Origin: Intoshia linei | Lineage: Eukaryota; Animalia; Orthonectida | NCBI GenBank assembly: GCA_001642005.1 | Contig: LWCA01000032.1 | Location: 8,357-72,356, forward strand | DNA: 64,000 nt | Direction: 5' to 3' | Shown: positions 25,620 to 38,192 of the stretch, piece by piece | Layout of the letters: each line of letters starts with the position of its first letter | Position numbering within the stretch: the stretch's first letter is position 1 | Made by a program: the position numbers and the translations under genes | The notes under the pieces: model-generated | What the model was told of the DNA's origin: nothing | What the model saw: the letters and a program-made list of their open reading frames with translations, nothing else | Databases searched by the model: none

Positions 25620-28600
25620 TTAATGGAATATTGTTGTATTTAAATTTTTAATGTGTTCATCTTTCATTAATTTTCGTAAGACTTTTCCACTTGCAGATCT
25701 TTTAATATTCTTTACAATAAAAATTCCTCCAAAAGGATGTTTTTCTTTTGTTAAATTTTCTATAATGTATATTAATTAACATGTAATATGTGTATAATAA
25801 TATATAAAGATAAGGTTATTTCACGTTATAAAACCAATCGGAAAATTAGTGTAGAATCTATTATTTAGGGTCATCTATGAAATTACATTATGAAGGTTAA
25901 AATTAGTTAAATCACTTTTAATATTATCATATAAATATGTTATAATAAAATTAAAATAAAATTTATTATTGTAAAAAAATATAACCTTATCTTATCACAT
26001 TATCTATAATATATACTTTTTTGTTGATACTTACTGCCTTAACACATACATGTATATATTTAATGTGTCTCATTAAGTTATGCTTAATTATTGACAGATA
26101 TTATACAAAAAGGGTGTGTATTTTAAAATTTTTTAGCGAAAATGGAAAAAAATCACCACCACTGGAAAAACCGCTTTGCAAAGTTAATAATTCAGAAAAT
26201 ATATAAAAAAGATTAAAAAACCTGCGCAAAATAGTTTAAAACATCAATACATGGTTATTAATTTAGTAAAAACGCTTAACAGAAGAAAAAATTATTATCT
26301 ATTAATTTCAGAGTCCTGCATTGGGTACTGGTTACTTTTTCATCCCTGTATATTAGATATAAATATATACCTTCCATAAACGTTTGGAAATTTTCCTTGT
26401 CAAAATTTATGTTCTCTTCCGGAACAACATAGACAACGACAATTTCGCCTCGTTTTTCATCAGAAATACCAAATACTAATACGTCGGCTACTGACGGATG
26501 TGATATTAAAAGTTTTTCAATTTCTACTGGAGACACCTAAATGAGTAAATTTAGAGATTAAAAAATGTGTAATTAATCAGTGACAGTACCTGAACACCAT
26601 TTACTTTAATCATGTCTTTCACTCTATCCATAATGTAAACATATCCATCTTGGTCTGTTTTTGCAATATCACCTATAATTAATATATTAATAACATCATA
26701 ATTTATTTAGTAGGTGTGTTCACGCTCATGTAGATGTGAGATAATGTGAGATAACGAACTGATCATTAAATATAATTTACATTGTAAATTGTTAAATTGT
26801 GTTTTTCATAGCTGAAATTGTTAGAAACAGTCATAAATGGCATCGTAATGTATTACTGTAATTGTAAAGTGGTTCTTAAATATAGTATTTTCTCCACAAC
26901 TCGCCAGGTCTATAACTCGCTATTAATTTAAAATATAAACTAAAAGTTTTAAAACCATTTTAAAAATATGTTAAGTTATTTGGTATTAAATGTTACAATT
27001 TGTATTATAATTTACATTTTATTGAAATTTATACTTAAATTTAAAGATTTTAGTACTGTTTTTATAGTTTTAAATTATCAATTTCGCCAACTTTTTTTAA
27101 ATCCCAGGAATGGCGAGTTATAGAGAGAATATTGTATTTAGAAAAATAGGTGTATGAATTTCATTGTGTTTTAGTTGGGTCAGTGGTATATGCAGGGGCG
27201 TGGAGAGGGCTAGGAGCCATATGGACCAGGCATACATTTTAAATTTATTAATAGGTAATGTTGGAAAATTTTGATAACCAATGCGATTTATTGAAAACAT
27301 TCACTATAATAAATTTTATCAATCTAAAAATATGTGATTTTTATTTTGAATTATGGAATGGGCGATTTTAAAAAATGTGTGTGAATTGTGGTCTTAGGGG
27401 GAGATTCTAAAAAAAGGTTGAAAACCTCTGGTACAACTGATGATATTGACTATTAATTAGTTCCAAGTAGACTCCCTAGTTATCACATAAGTTATACAAA
27501 CTATTCCGCACATTTATATTAATAAATAATAATTAATAAATGCACATTGTGTATTACACAAAGACAAAAATAGTAATTAAACCGGTATGAAACCACTCAT
27601 CTTGATTCAAAATTTTTATATTTTCTTCAGGCATATTTAGATATCCATTCATGACATTTTGACCTCTTGTCAACAGTTCACCTTCTTGTTCAATATCATT
27701 TAGTTCATTATTTTTTGGATTAACAATCTATAAAAATTACAACATGTCATATATTAACACCTTAATTTCAATTCCAGGCATGGGTTGTCCTACAGATATT
27801 ATTTTGTTATTACGTTTCTTTATCATTGTTAAGAGCAGTGTCTCTGTTAATCCATATGCTAATATATAGTATTAAACTTATTCATGTATATCGAATTTTA
27901 CATTATATGCATTGACATGTCTCCAGTCGGTACTTTTATTTTATTTAAATGAGAACACATATCAGTGAATAATATATATAAAATATAATTACTTTGTCTC
28001 AAAAATATACGTGGAAATCGTTTAGTAAACGCATCAATAATGGCAGGAGACAATGGTGCAGCCGCGCAAAGCAAATCTCGCACACTTTTTAAACTGTAAT
28101 TGAAAGTCATATTATGGGTTGCCATAAAATTTAACATAGTTGGAACAAGATATATTTTGTTGATCTAAAAATAATACATATATAATTACGAACTGAACTT
28201 AACAAGCTCGAGGTCATAAATTAAAAATGGGTACAAATATTTTTTTCCGAAACGATACGCCGAATCCAACCCTAGCAACCTATCCAAGGCTGCTGATTTA
28301 CATTTTAAATCTAATACACAAAATAGTTATGATATTCAGGAATATATTTTTTAGTAGCCTGTCCTGCCCCAAGAAGGGTCAAAACCCTAAACGATATTTC
28401 ATGGATGACTCGTATAATGTGTAAAATTTTCATTTATATAGTCGATTCTATTCTATATGAACATAAAGGGACCAGGTTCTGATCGTGTTTATATTATACT
28501 GTAATATGAACATATATGAATAGTGATAATAATATAGTCGATTCTGTTCTATATGAACATACTGGAATATGAACTAAGTTTAATATGAACACGACAATTT

Positions 28601-30669
28601 TGTTTAAACAAACATTGATTAAACATTTCGAAACTTTTAATTATATTATTATCGACATTCCTATATGTTCATATTACAGTACAGTATCACATAATCAAAA
28701 CCTGGTCCCTAAAAGTTTCGAAATCAAAATTAAACTAAAATTAAAATATGAATGAAAATTTTACAATACAGTCGACTCTGTTCTATATGAACATACTAGA
28801 ATACTAACTCAGTTTAATATAAACACGACAATTTTGTTTAAACAAACATTGATTGAACAATTCGAAACTTTTAATTATATTATTATCGACATTCCTATAT
28901 GTTCATATTACAGTACAGTATCACATAATCAAAACCTGGTCCCTAAAAGTTTCGAAATCAAAATTGCTTGTTCAAACAAAATTGTCGTGTTCATATTAAA
29001 CTGAGTTAGTATTCTAGTATGTTCATATAGAACAGAGTCGACTGTATTGTAAAATTTTCATTCATATTTTAATTTTAGTTTAATTTTGGTTTTAGAAATT
29101 TTTTTCAACCAAATTTAAAAGGGGTTTTTAGGAAATTTTTTTTTATCCAAGCTGTAAGGTTGTCGTAAATTTTGACTTAAAAAAATGTCATAAAAATCCT
29201 TAAAAAGTTTGATTTAAAAAAAATTTTTAAATCCCAAAATTAAACTAAAATTAAAATATGAATGAAAATTTTACACATTCTACGACTTGCCCATGGAATG
29301 TGTATAATGTAGATTTCACAGTTGTACACATTCTATGCAACATATACAATGTATGCACTTATATATAATTGTAAATGTATTAATACTTTATATCGTTCTA
29401 TATCTTTTAAAAATGTTCTCGGCTCAAAATTTGGTTGAATAACAATATTTGAAGCAGACATAATTTCATTATATAGCATGACTCCAAACCCATAAGCATG
29501 ATGAAGTGGCAAAGAATGTAATAATGTTAGTTCTTTATTATCAATAGCCATTTCGGATGTAATTCTAAATAAAGATTAATTGATACAGCCCTTCAGTCAA
29601 ATTTTTAATGAATTTGAAAACTGTTATGCAATTAGTACTGACAAGAATGTCACACGAATTACAAAATATATGTAATCATAATTAAATACTTACCTGATTT
29701 GATGTATATTTGAAATAATATTATTGTGAGAAAGAACTACACCCTTCGATAAACCAGTCGTTCCACTAGACATACCATAAATAGCTGGAGAATCATTAAT
29801 TTTTTCATTAATTTTGACATAATTTAAATCCGGCACAGTTTCGCAATTATTACGGGTAAATTCGTACCACAAATCCGAATCAAGACAAATGATCTAAAAA
29901 TAAAGATAAATACTTAAACATTAATTAATTAATAAATTAAAATAAAAAATACATTTTCGGGTTGAGGAAGTTTATAATTCATGATGCTATTTTTTATGTA
30001 ATCAATATTTCCAGGTTCACATATAATTAAATTTGGATTTACAACCGAAAAAACGTTTGAAAATTCATCTAAAAAATATTTATTATGATTTAAAAAATAC
30101 TACATTCTGTTAATAACGGATTCACAGGATTAAGAATTGCATTGTTAATCTTTGGTACTCCTAAATAAACGACCGCTGTTTTGATGGAATTACTCAAAGC
30201 TACACTAATCACAAATTTGTCACTTTTGTTTTCCGGTTTATACTTTGATATGTATTCTTTTTCAATAAATGCAGCCAAATTACACACGTGTGTATATGTT
30301 TGTTGATAAGAATAATTTTCACCATTTTGACTTGTAGTCTAATATAATAATTAGTATACATAGTATATAAAATAAAATTTTTTACATTAATTGTAGTACA
30401 TAAAATATTATTAAAAATACAAATACTGAAAATTATACCAAAGCGGTACGATTCTTTACATTAGCCTTGTTCATGAAAATAAAATCCGTTATACTGTCAC
30501 ATTTCGGAAATTTAGTTATTGGACCTTTGAAATGCGATTTTTCAATTTTAGTTAACCCTGTACAGCTAAAATCAATATCATCTCGCAATGATGTCACACT
30601 TCGCTTTGATCCATAAATAAATCTTATTCTTCTTGACGATAGATTTAATAAACACTTTCTAACTGTCAT
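25620..30669 (-). CDS. Acyl-CoA synthetase, firefly-luciferase/4-coumarate:CoA ligase-like (copy A)
   Basis: Multi-exon. AMP-binding motif [18 protein letters not shown], then LPLHHAYG, CAAAPL, RQTYGLTE, GELLTRG, WFHTGDIA, YIMDRVKDMIKVNGVQVSPVEIE and SASGKVLRK. Stop at 25620-25622. Confidence 0.9.
28400..29296. mobile_element. Foldback/MITE cluster: complete MITE 28769-29044 plus tandem partial copies inside an outer inverted repeat
   Basis: ~70-bp TIR CAGTCGACTCTGTTCTATATGAACATACTAGAATAC... and its reverse complement. ~195-bp direct duplication (28535-28730 vs 28769-28964). Outer IR CATGGATGACTCGTATAATGTGTAAAATTTTCAT / ATGAAAATTTTACACATTCTACGACTTGCCCATG. Confidence 0.75.
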
Positions 30670-31078
30670 CTTACGTTATTGAGTATTGTTAGGTATCATA
30701 TAATAATTATTTAATGTATAAATGTAATCCATCGTTTTTTTCATCATTCGTATTTAGTTGAACTAGTTTTTTTAAAACGTAGTAATACGTGGTTTATGTA
30801 GAACGATGTTACTGCTTTGTTATATTAACACATTAATAAATACTTATTATTTCAGGTTTATAGTGTTATTTCAAAGTATTGACAAATTAGGTAACACCAA
30901 CTTTCATCGTAAACGCGTCAATTAACAGCTTTATCGATTCATAATGAAATAAAAAACATTTGACCCATTTCATATTCATCAGATTCGATAAAATGTGTTT
31001 TTCTCGATTTAATTAAAAATATGAATACATTTATTAACATGTAAATAAAGAATAATACATTGATGATTTTTTAAATAT

Positions 31079-34000
31079 TTAATTATTTAAATGTTTAATG
31101 TGTTCATCTTTTATAATTTTGCGCAAGACTTTACCACTGGCTGATCGTTTAATGTTTTTGACTACAAAAATACCACCAAATGGATGTTTTTGTTGAATTA
31201 AATTTTCTAATTATAAAATGATATTAAAAATTTAATTCAAATTAAATTTACTTTTCATAAACTTTTCCAATTTTTCCTTGTCAAAGTTTACATTGTCTTC
31301 TGGGAGTACATAAACGACAACAACTTCACCGCGTTTACTATCTGGAATACCAAAAACAACAACATCGGCTACTGATGGATATGTCATTACAAGTTTTTCA
31401 ATTTCTCCTGGAGAGACCTAAATGTGTAGTTTAATACCGAGTAATGTATGTCGAAATTTTACCTGATAACCACTGACTTTAAGCATGTCTTTAACTCTAT
31501 CGAGAATATAAACATATCCTTCCTCGTCAGTTTTTGCAATATCACCTATAATTTAAATTTATAAAAATTACACGTTATACATTTTACAAAATTGTATGTA
31601 CAAAAAAATTTAGACTATTTAATAATATGATTAGATTAGATCACGATTTAACTTACAAAATTAAACCAAGAAAATTCCAAATTTTTTTCATTTTCATCAA
31701 TTATAATGAGTTTGAATTAATAATTAATTAAATAATATCACCCCAATAATTAGTTGAAAATTAAATTTCCAATGTCCCACAAAAAATTTTGTCATGCCCC
31801 ACGGTTGGGAAACACTCATCTAGAGTATGTGTATGTAAAATAACATAATCGAGAATTGGGTGTTGCAAAAATGTTTATTCGAGTAGGTTGTTCATTTTAA
31901 AAATCCTTACTTATATAAAGTAAAATGGTTAAAAATCTATGTATGTCTGTCTGTTTGTTTGTTTATTTGTTCCAGTTTATTAAAATTTCCATATTTCTAC
32001 GACAGTTTTACGAGAGTGTTGTTATAGCGCAAATTTCATTTTCAGAAATTGAGTCCTTCAAGGTCAAAAACCCCACTTGTCCTTTGTTTTAAATTCAAAC
32101 GGTCCTATAATTGTAAAAAATACACATTCTGATAAAACGTTTTAAATTCATCAATATTATGATAATCTTCAATTTCAAAATCTTATATCCTGACGGCCAA
32201 AACCACAAATTACCCTTTTCTGTAAAAATTAAGAAACTCCTAGAATTTTATAACACATAAATTATGGAATAGTTTTTAAATTCATAAGTATTAGCATAAA
32301 TGGCAACCTCAAAAAATATAATTTTCACGGTCAAAAACCCAGATTACCAATTAATTTTAAAAATAAAAACAGTCCTAAAATGTTAAAATAAATTACCGAT
32401 GATACAGTTATATACTGTGAAAACACACAAAAAATTTCAATCTGATAAAGTGACGCCTTCACGGTCAAAAAAGCACTTTAATTTTTTTCGAAACTATTTT
32501 ATTAAAACAAAAAATTTGAAATAATTAATTGTCCAACCATTAAAAAAACTATTATTCTGATACATCTTATTCCCGTTGATATAAATACAAAATTTAAACC
32601 CCAAAAATCGACGCATTCCTGGCGAAAAATAATTTTTAATATATCAACCAATATTTTTCAAATGTTAGATTAAAATTAAATAATCATCCACATTTTCAAA
32701 AAAAGTCTGCATTGAACGTCTAAACATTTACAATAAAAAAATATGGGCAAAAATCTATATAATTGATTCCTTTGGATTTTTTTCATTGCTACGTAATTTT
32801 TCATTATTAAATATTCATTTTAAAAAAATTGAAAATCACTTTGTACAATACTACAACAAAGAATTATTATAAAGTACAACTTTGTTATTGTCATTTTTAT
32901 ATTTTTTTGGTAAAATAAAAATTTCCACTCTCAGCAAAGCCAGGTTTTGTTTGTATTTAGTACATAGTCAACCTAGTTTGAAAATAAATAAACAGGTTAG
33001 TAAATGGGCATAATTTTAAGAATAAGAAACTCTAAAAATAGCTCATTGTAAAATAGGTGTTACGACCCGTAACTTACGACTATATATAAATCTAAAATTT
33101 CAAAAATAATTAATAGTAAATTTACCAGTATGTAACCATCCATCTTCTTTTAAAACTTTAGAAGTTTCATCAATTTTATTTAAATATCCCTTCATAATTT
33201 GAGGTCCTCTCGTCACCAATTCGCCAGCTTCACCAATGTCCTTCAATTCATGATTATCAGGATTTAAAATCTATAAATAAAAAAATACAAACGTTTCTTG
33301 ATATTAAACCTTATGTTCTGTATTGTGTATTGGTTGACCTACAGATACCATTTTTTTATTACGTTCTCTGTTCATTGATATAATTGGGCTGGTTTCAGTT
33401 AGTCCATAACCTAAAACGTTAATTAAGGTTATAACAAAATAAGACAAACCTTGTCTCAAAAAAATGTATGAAAAGCGTTTAATAAAAGCATCGATTATTG
33501 TAGGTGACAATGGAGCCGCAGCACAAATTAAATCTCGTATACTTTGAATGTTGTAATTAAAAAGCATGTTATGAGTTGCCATAAAATTGACAACAGCTGG
33601 AGCAACGTACATTCTTTTGATCTATTAATATATTATTAATAATACATCAAGGTGGATAAAAGTTTGCATTCTGACAGAGAAATATTAATTAGTAATTGTT
33701 TTTCTAATTAGTAATACTAAGTAAATTCAAAACCAAGGTACGTACTATACGTCACACTCATGTAAGTTGTCATATCTTACAAAATTACAAATTCAGGTAA
33801 ATTGTGAAATCACCCATGAGGCGAAATCATTCTTGGAAATTCAGGAAAGAGTGCTTTCAATGTAGTCAATATAGACACATCTCCGGATTGTGAAAAAGAA
33901 TAGTTGTTAGTTATCGTTAGTTGTTTGAAAAACTAAGATCGATAAACTCTTATCAATAATTGAAAAAAAAATAAGGAATGCAAAAAATTCTACCAACATA

Positions 34001-35478
34001 CATTAAAATTTTAAACCCGAACCAAAAACTATTAATAAAATTACTTTATATCTTTCAATGTTTTCTAGAAAAGATCTAGGATCAAAATTTGGTTGAATAA
34101 CAATAGTTGATTCGTCCATCATTTCATGGTATAACATAGTGGAAAATCCATAAATATGGTAAAGTGGTAAAGCATGCAATACAGAGTTATCTTTAATAGT
34201 AATGGCCATATCAGAAGCGATTCTATAAAAATTTAGTTAGATAGTTCAATTATAATTCATTGTATATCAGCTTTCCCAAAATGATACAACTTATCCTATT
34301 TAAAAAAACTAAAATTAGCGGATCCCCGTTTATTAATCTGTACAATATTACTTTGCCTGGTGTATATTTGCAATAATATTATTGTGAGAAAGAACAACAC
34401 CCTTTGGTAAACCAGTTGTTCCACTAGACATGCCATAAATTGCTGGAGAATGATTAACTTTTGCATTAATCTTGATATTTTCTAAATCTGGAGTCTTTTC
34501 ACAGTTATTACGTGTAAATTCATGCCATAAATCTGAATCAAGACAAATTATCTACAAGTAAAAATAAATAGAAAAACATTGATATTAAAATATTATTATT
34601 CAAAGAATATTATTAAAAAAAAAATAAAAAATACATTTTGAGGTGGATGAAGTTTATAATTCATAATGCTATTTTTTATGTAATCAACATTTCCAGGTTC
34701 ACATATAATTAAATTTGGATTTACAACCGAAAAAACGTTTGAAAATTCATCTAAAAAATATTTATTATGATTTAAAAAATACTACATTCTGTTAATAACG
34801 GATTCACAGGATTAAGAATTGCATTGTTAATCTTTGGTACTCCTAAATAAACGACCGCTGTTTTAATCGAATTACTCAAAGCTACACTAATCACAAATTT
34901 GTCACTTTCGCTTTCTGGTTTATACTTTGATATGTATTCCTTTTCAATAAATGCAGCCAAATTACATACATGAGTATAAGTTTGTCGATAAGAATATTTT
35001 TGTCCATTTCGACTTGCCACCTATATTTTATTACAATTAAAATTCAAAAACCAGTTTTAAAATAGCTACATTCGCTCAAAAAATATATTCCTTAACAATT
35101 ATATAATTACAATCGATTTATAAATAATTTAACTCATTTAATTTATTATGTTTACATAAAATTTCAATGTTTCAATTTCAAAAGTTTTAAAATTAATTAA
35201 TTCATTTATCATGTTGATATTCCAAAAAATATTGAAAGTTATACCAAAGCGGATCGATCCTTCACATTAGCCTTGTTCATGAAAATAAAATCCGTTATAT
35301 TGTCATATTTCGGAATTTTAGTTTTTGGACCTTTAAAATGCGATTTTTCAATTCTAGTTAACCCGGAACGGTTAAAATCAATATAATCATCTCGAAATGA
35401 TGTTAAATTTCTCTTGATTACATAAATACAGCGTATTCTTCTTGTTGACAGATTTAATAAGCTTCTCGTTATTCCCAT
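31079..35478 (-). CDS. Acyl-CoA synthetase, firefly-luciferase/4-coumarate:CoA ligase-like (copy B)
   Basis: Same exon layout as copy A. Motifs: [89 protein letters not shown]. Stop at 31079-31081. Confidence 0.9.
31904..32976 (+). mobile_element. Longer Helitron-like copy (second subfamily) in an ACS-B intron
   Basis: A|TCCTTACTTATATAAAG 5' end and ...TACATAGTCAACCTAG|T 3' end. The interior contains several degenerate GGTCAAAAACCC/GGCCAAAACCACAAATTACC modules. Confidence 0.75.
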
Positions 35479-36814
35479 TTATAAGTTTTTTATATGTATG
35501 TTATTATATAAATGAAATTTATTCTTCGTATTTACATTGGACTAGTTTGTTTAAAACGTAGGATCGTTGATTAGCATAACTTGCGCTGTATAATATACGT
35601 GAATATATTGGTGTTCAAGGATATTTTGATTCAATTTATTTAAATATACTTTTTCTTTCTTTTGTAATGTATATCTATACTAATCGTATATACGTAAAGT
35701 TACTTGTTTTGTATCTACATTCGAAATTCCAACAAATAAAACAACTCATTTCCACATTTCAGTTACAATGTGCGTACTTTATATCAAAATTTAGATAAGT
35801 TAATAAATTTTATAGTAACAACAAACTCAATATGATGAATTATTTATTGATTTTCATTTTATAACTTATAGATAATATTGAACGATAAACTACATTGAAT
35901 TTTAGGAGTGATTTTCATTTTCTTCTTAGATGAGTGCACAGATTAACATATTGCTGTAAAAATGTAATTACAATACATTTTATTATAACTCGTATTAAAA
36001 TATTTATATAAAATTACAAAATGTAATTGAATAATAAAGATAATATCAAATTAAGATTGAGTTGTTATATAAAACATATGAAATTATAAAGTTAATGTTC
36101 TTGGTTATTTAATTTAAAATATTAATATTAATGTTAATAATTAACATTAATATAATAATTATTAACATTTGTATATTAACTTAATATACAAATTTTACAG
36201 TTATAAAATTAATTATAGTAATGATATAGCAACATTAGGGTAACTATCGTTAACTACAATTCAGTTTTTATGTTAATTCATTTCTATATAAAATAGAATG
36301 TTTGGTATATAAGTTTCTAGTAGTACGCTATTGAATTTATTGCTAGTACTTAATATCATTATCTCGTTACTGAATGTATTTATAACTTCATTTTTATGAG
36401 TTATACCCACAATTACGTTACTATTTTTAACATGGAATGGAATGAGAAACATTAAAGAAAGAGCAATCTAAATTTTTTAATTATATTTTACCTTAAATCT
36501 AAAAATACTGCGATATTTTTGAAAATTGTACCATTAAATTATAAATTAAATTATTGATACCTGATAATTTAAAATTAATTAAATCTCCGAATGTACGCAC
36601 TTCTGTGTATTGTTTGTGTCAATAGTTGTGTTAATAAAACCAACGTGTGCAACGATCTAATTTAATTATGGAATCTTGGTTACGGACTAAAATCGAAATG
36701 TATATCATATATGTATATCAATACTAACCATCAATTAAAAAAATGTGTAAAACGAATATACACTGTGCAGAATGTATGTTAGAGTTTTAGTTTTATACAT
36801 ATTTATTAGTTACA

Positions 36815-37439
36815 CTAGGTTGACTGTTATGTACTACGTACAAACAGCACTTAGCTCTGCCAAGGCACATTTTTATTCTACAAAAAAATAAATTCAATCT
36901 AACTGAAAATCTAACTTAAAAATCTTATTATTCACTATTATCAATCCTTTAAATTAGTGGTTCCCAAACCTATTTCAGGTGGAACCGTAATATCACATTA
37001 CTTTTTACTTTAAAGTGAATATTCCATCTTAATTTTTTTTTTAACATTTTTGAAAAAATTTATATCAACTGGAATAAGCTCTATCATAATAATCTTTTTT
37101 TTTTTTTAATTTTCGGAACATTAATTATTTCAAATTTTTTTTTAATAAAATATTTCGGAAAAAAAAATTTTTTGTGTGTTAAAATGATACAACTGTACCA
37201 CCTGTAAATTTTTTTAAATTGTCGAACTCATTTGATTATCAAAAAAAAGACAATTCGGTTTTTGACCCGTAAGATGTGAGTTTGGGAGTTGAAACTTATT
37301 TTGCTAACACCCGCGGAAAAACTGTAATTGAAATGTGGACTTTATGTTTATAAAATAAGACTATATAGTAGTTATTGAAATAAACGGTAACACACAGACA
37401 CCCAAACTAATATTGCGTAGCATATTATATAAGTAAGGA
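36815..37439 (-). mobile_element. Non-autonomous Helitron-like copy (reverse orientation)
   Basis: A|CTAGGTTGACTGTTATGTACTACGTACAAACAGC...GCATATTATATAAGTAAGGA|T is the reverse complement of the family termini. Confidence 0.8.
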
Positions 37440-38192
37440 TATATTCATGAATACAACAGCAATGTTAAAAAATTTGTAAATCTTATCAGTATATAATTTA
37501 TGTCATCAGACAATCTTATATTTCAAGCCATCTCGTTACACAATGTTTTAACGTATTGAACATTTAATTTTACGAGATTACTAGATATCACTTTTGTAAT
37601 ATCACCTAATCTGTAATGAAATATGACAATAATTATTCAAAAAAAGTCTGAACAAAACCTAAATGGCCCAAGGACAGCTTAAACCTAAGCTTAAAGTATA
37701 CATTAGTCTTTGACTGGCCCTGTTGCAACAATATCAGTCTAAATTTCTAAAATCATCTTTGATTCTTTCTTTGCGTGTGCTAGGCATAAGCACCTATTGC
37801 ATACCACTCAAATTATTTTGAAAATAATTAAAATAAAGTTTTGATGTAACTCTAAAAATCGTAACTTATACACCTAAGTTAGGTGACCTAACATACCTAC
37901 TTTGTAACTTTGACGAAAGATATCTCGAAAGTTACCTTGATAACCTCAGATGTATTATACATTTTTACAAATCTCTAATTGTGATTAATATTTCCAACTA
38001 TCGTTTAAAGTTTAGAGTTGATACAAAATAATCAATATACACTAAATATATTAACTAATGTATTAAGTAATTAATTAGTATAAGGTTTCGATCAAAATTT
38101 GAAAAAAATTGTCAATTATAATTTATTATTAAAGTATTGCTAATACATATATATAATATATTGTATAATAATTGTTATTGTAATAAACGTAA

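Noticed and set aside
25620-35478. Bioluminescence (true luciferase)
   Set aside because: Family-level similarity only. Luciferase-like ACS genes are widespread in non-luminous animals and nothing in the sequence shows light emission.
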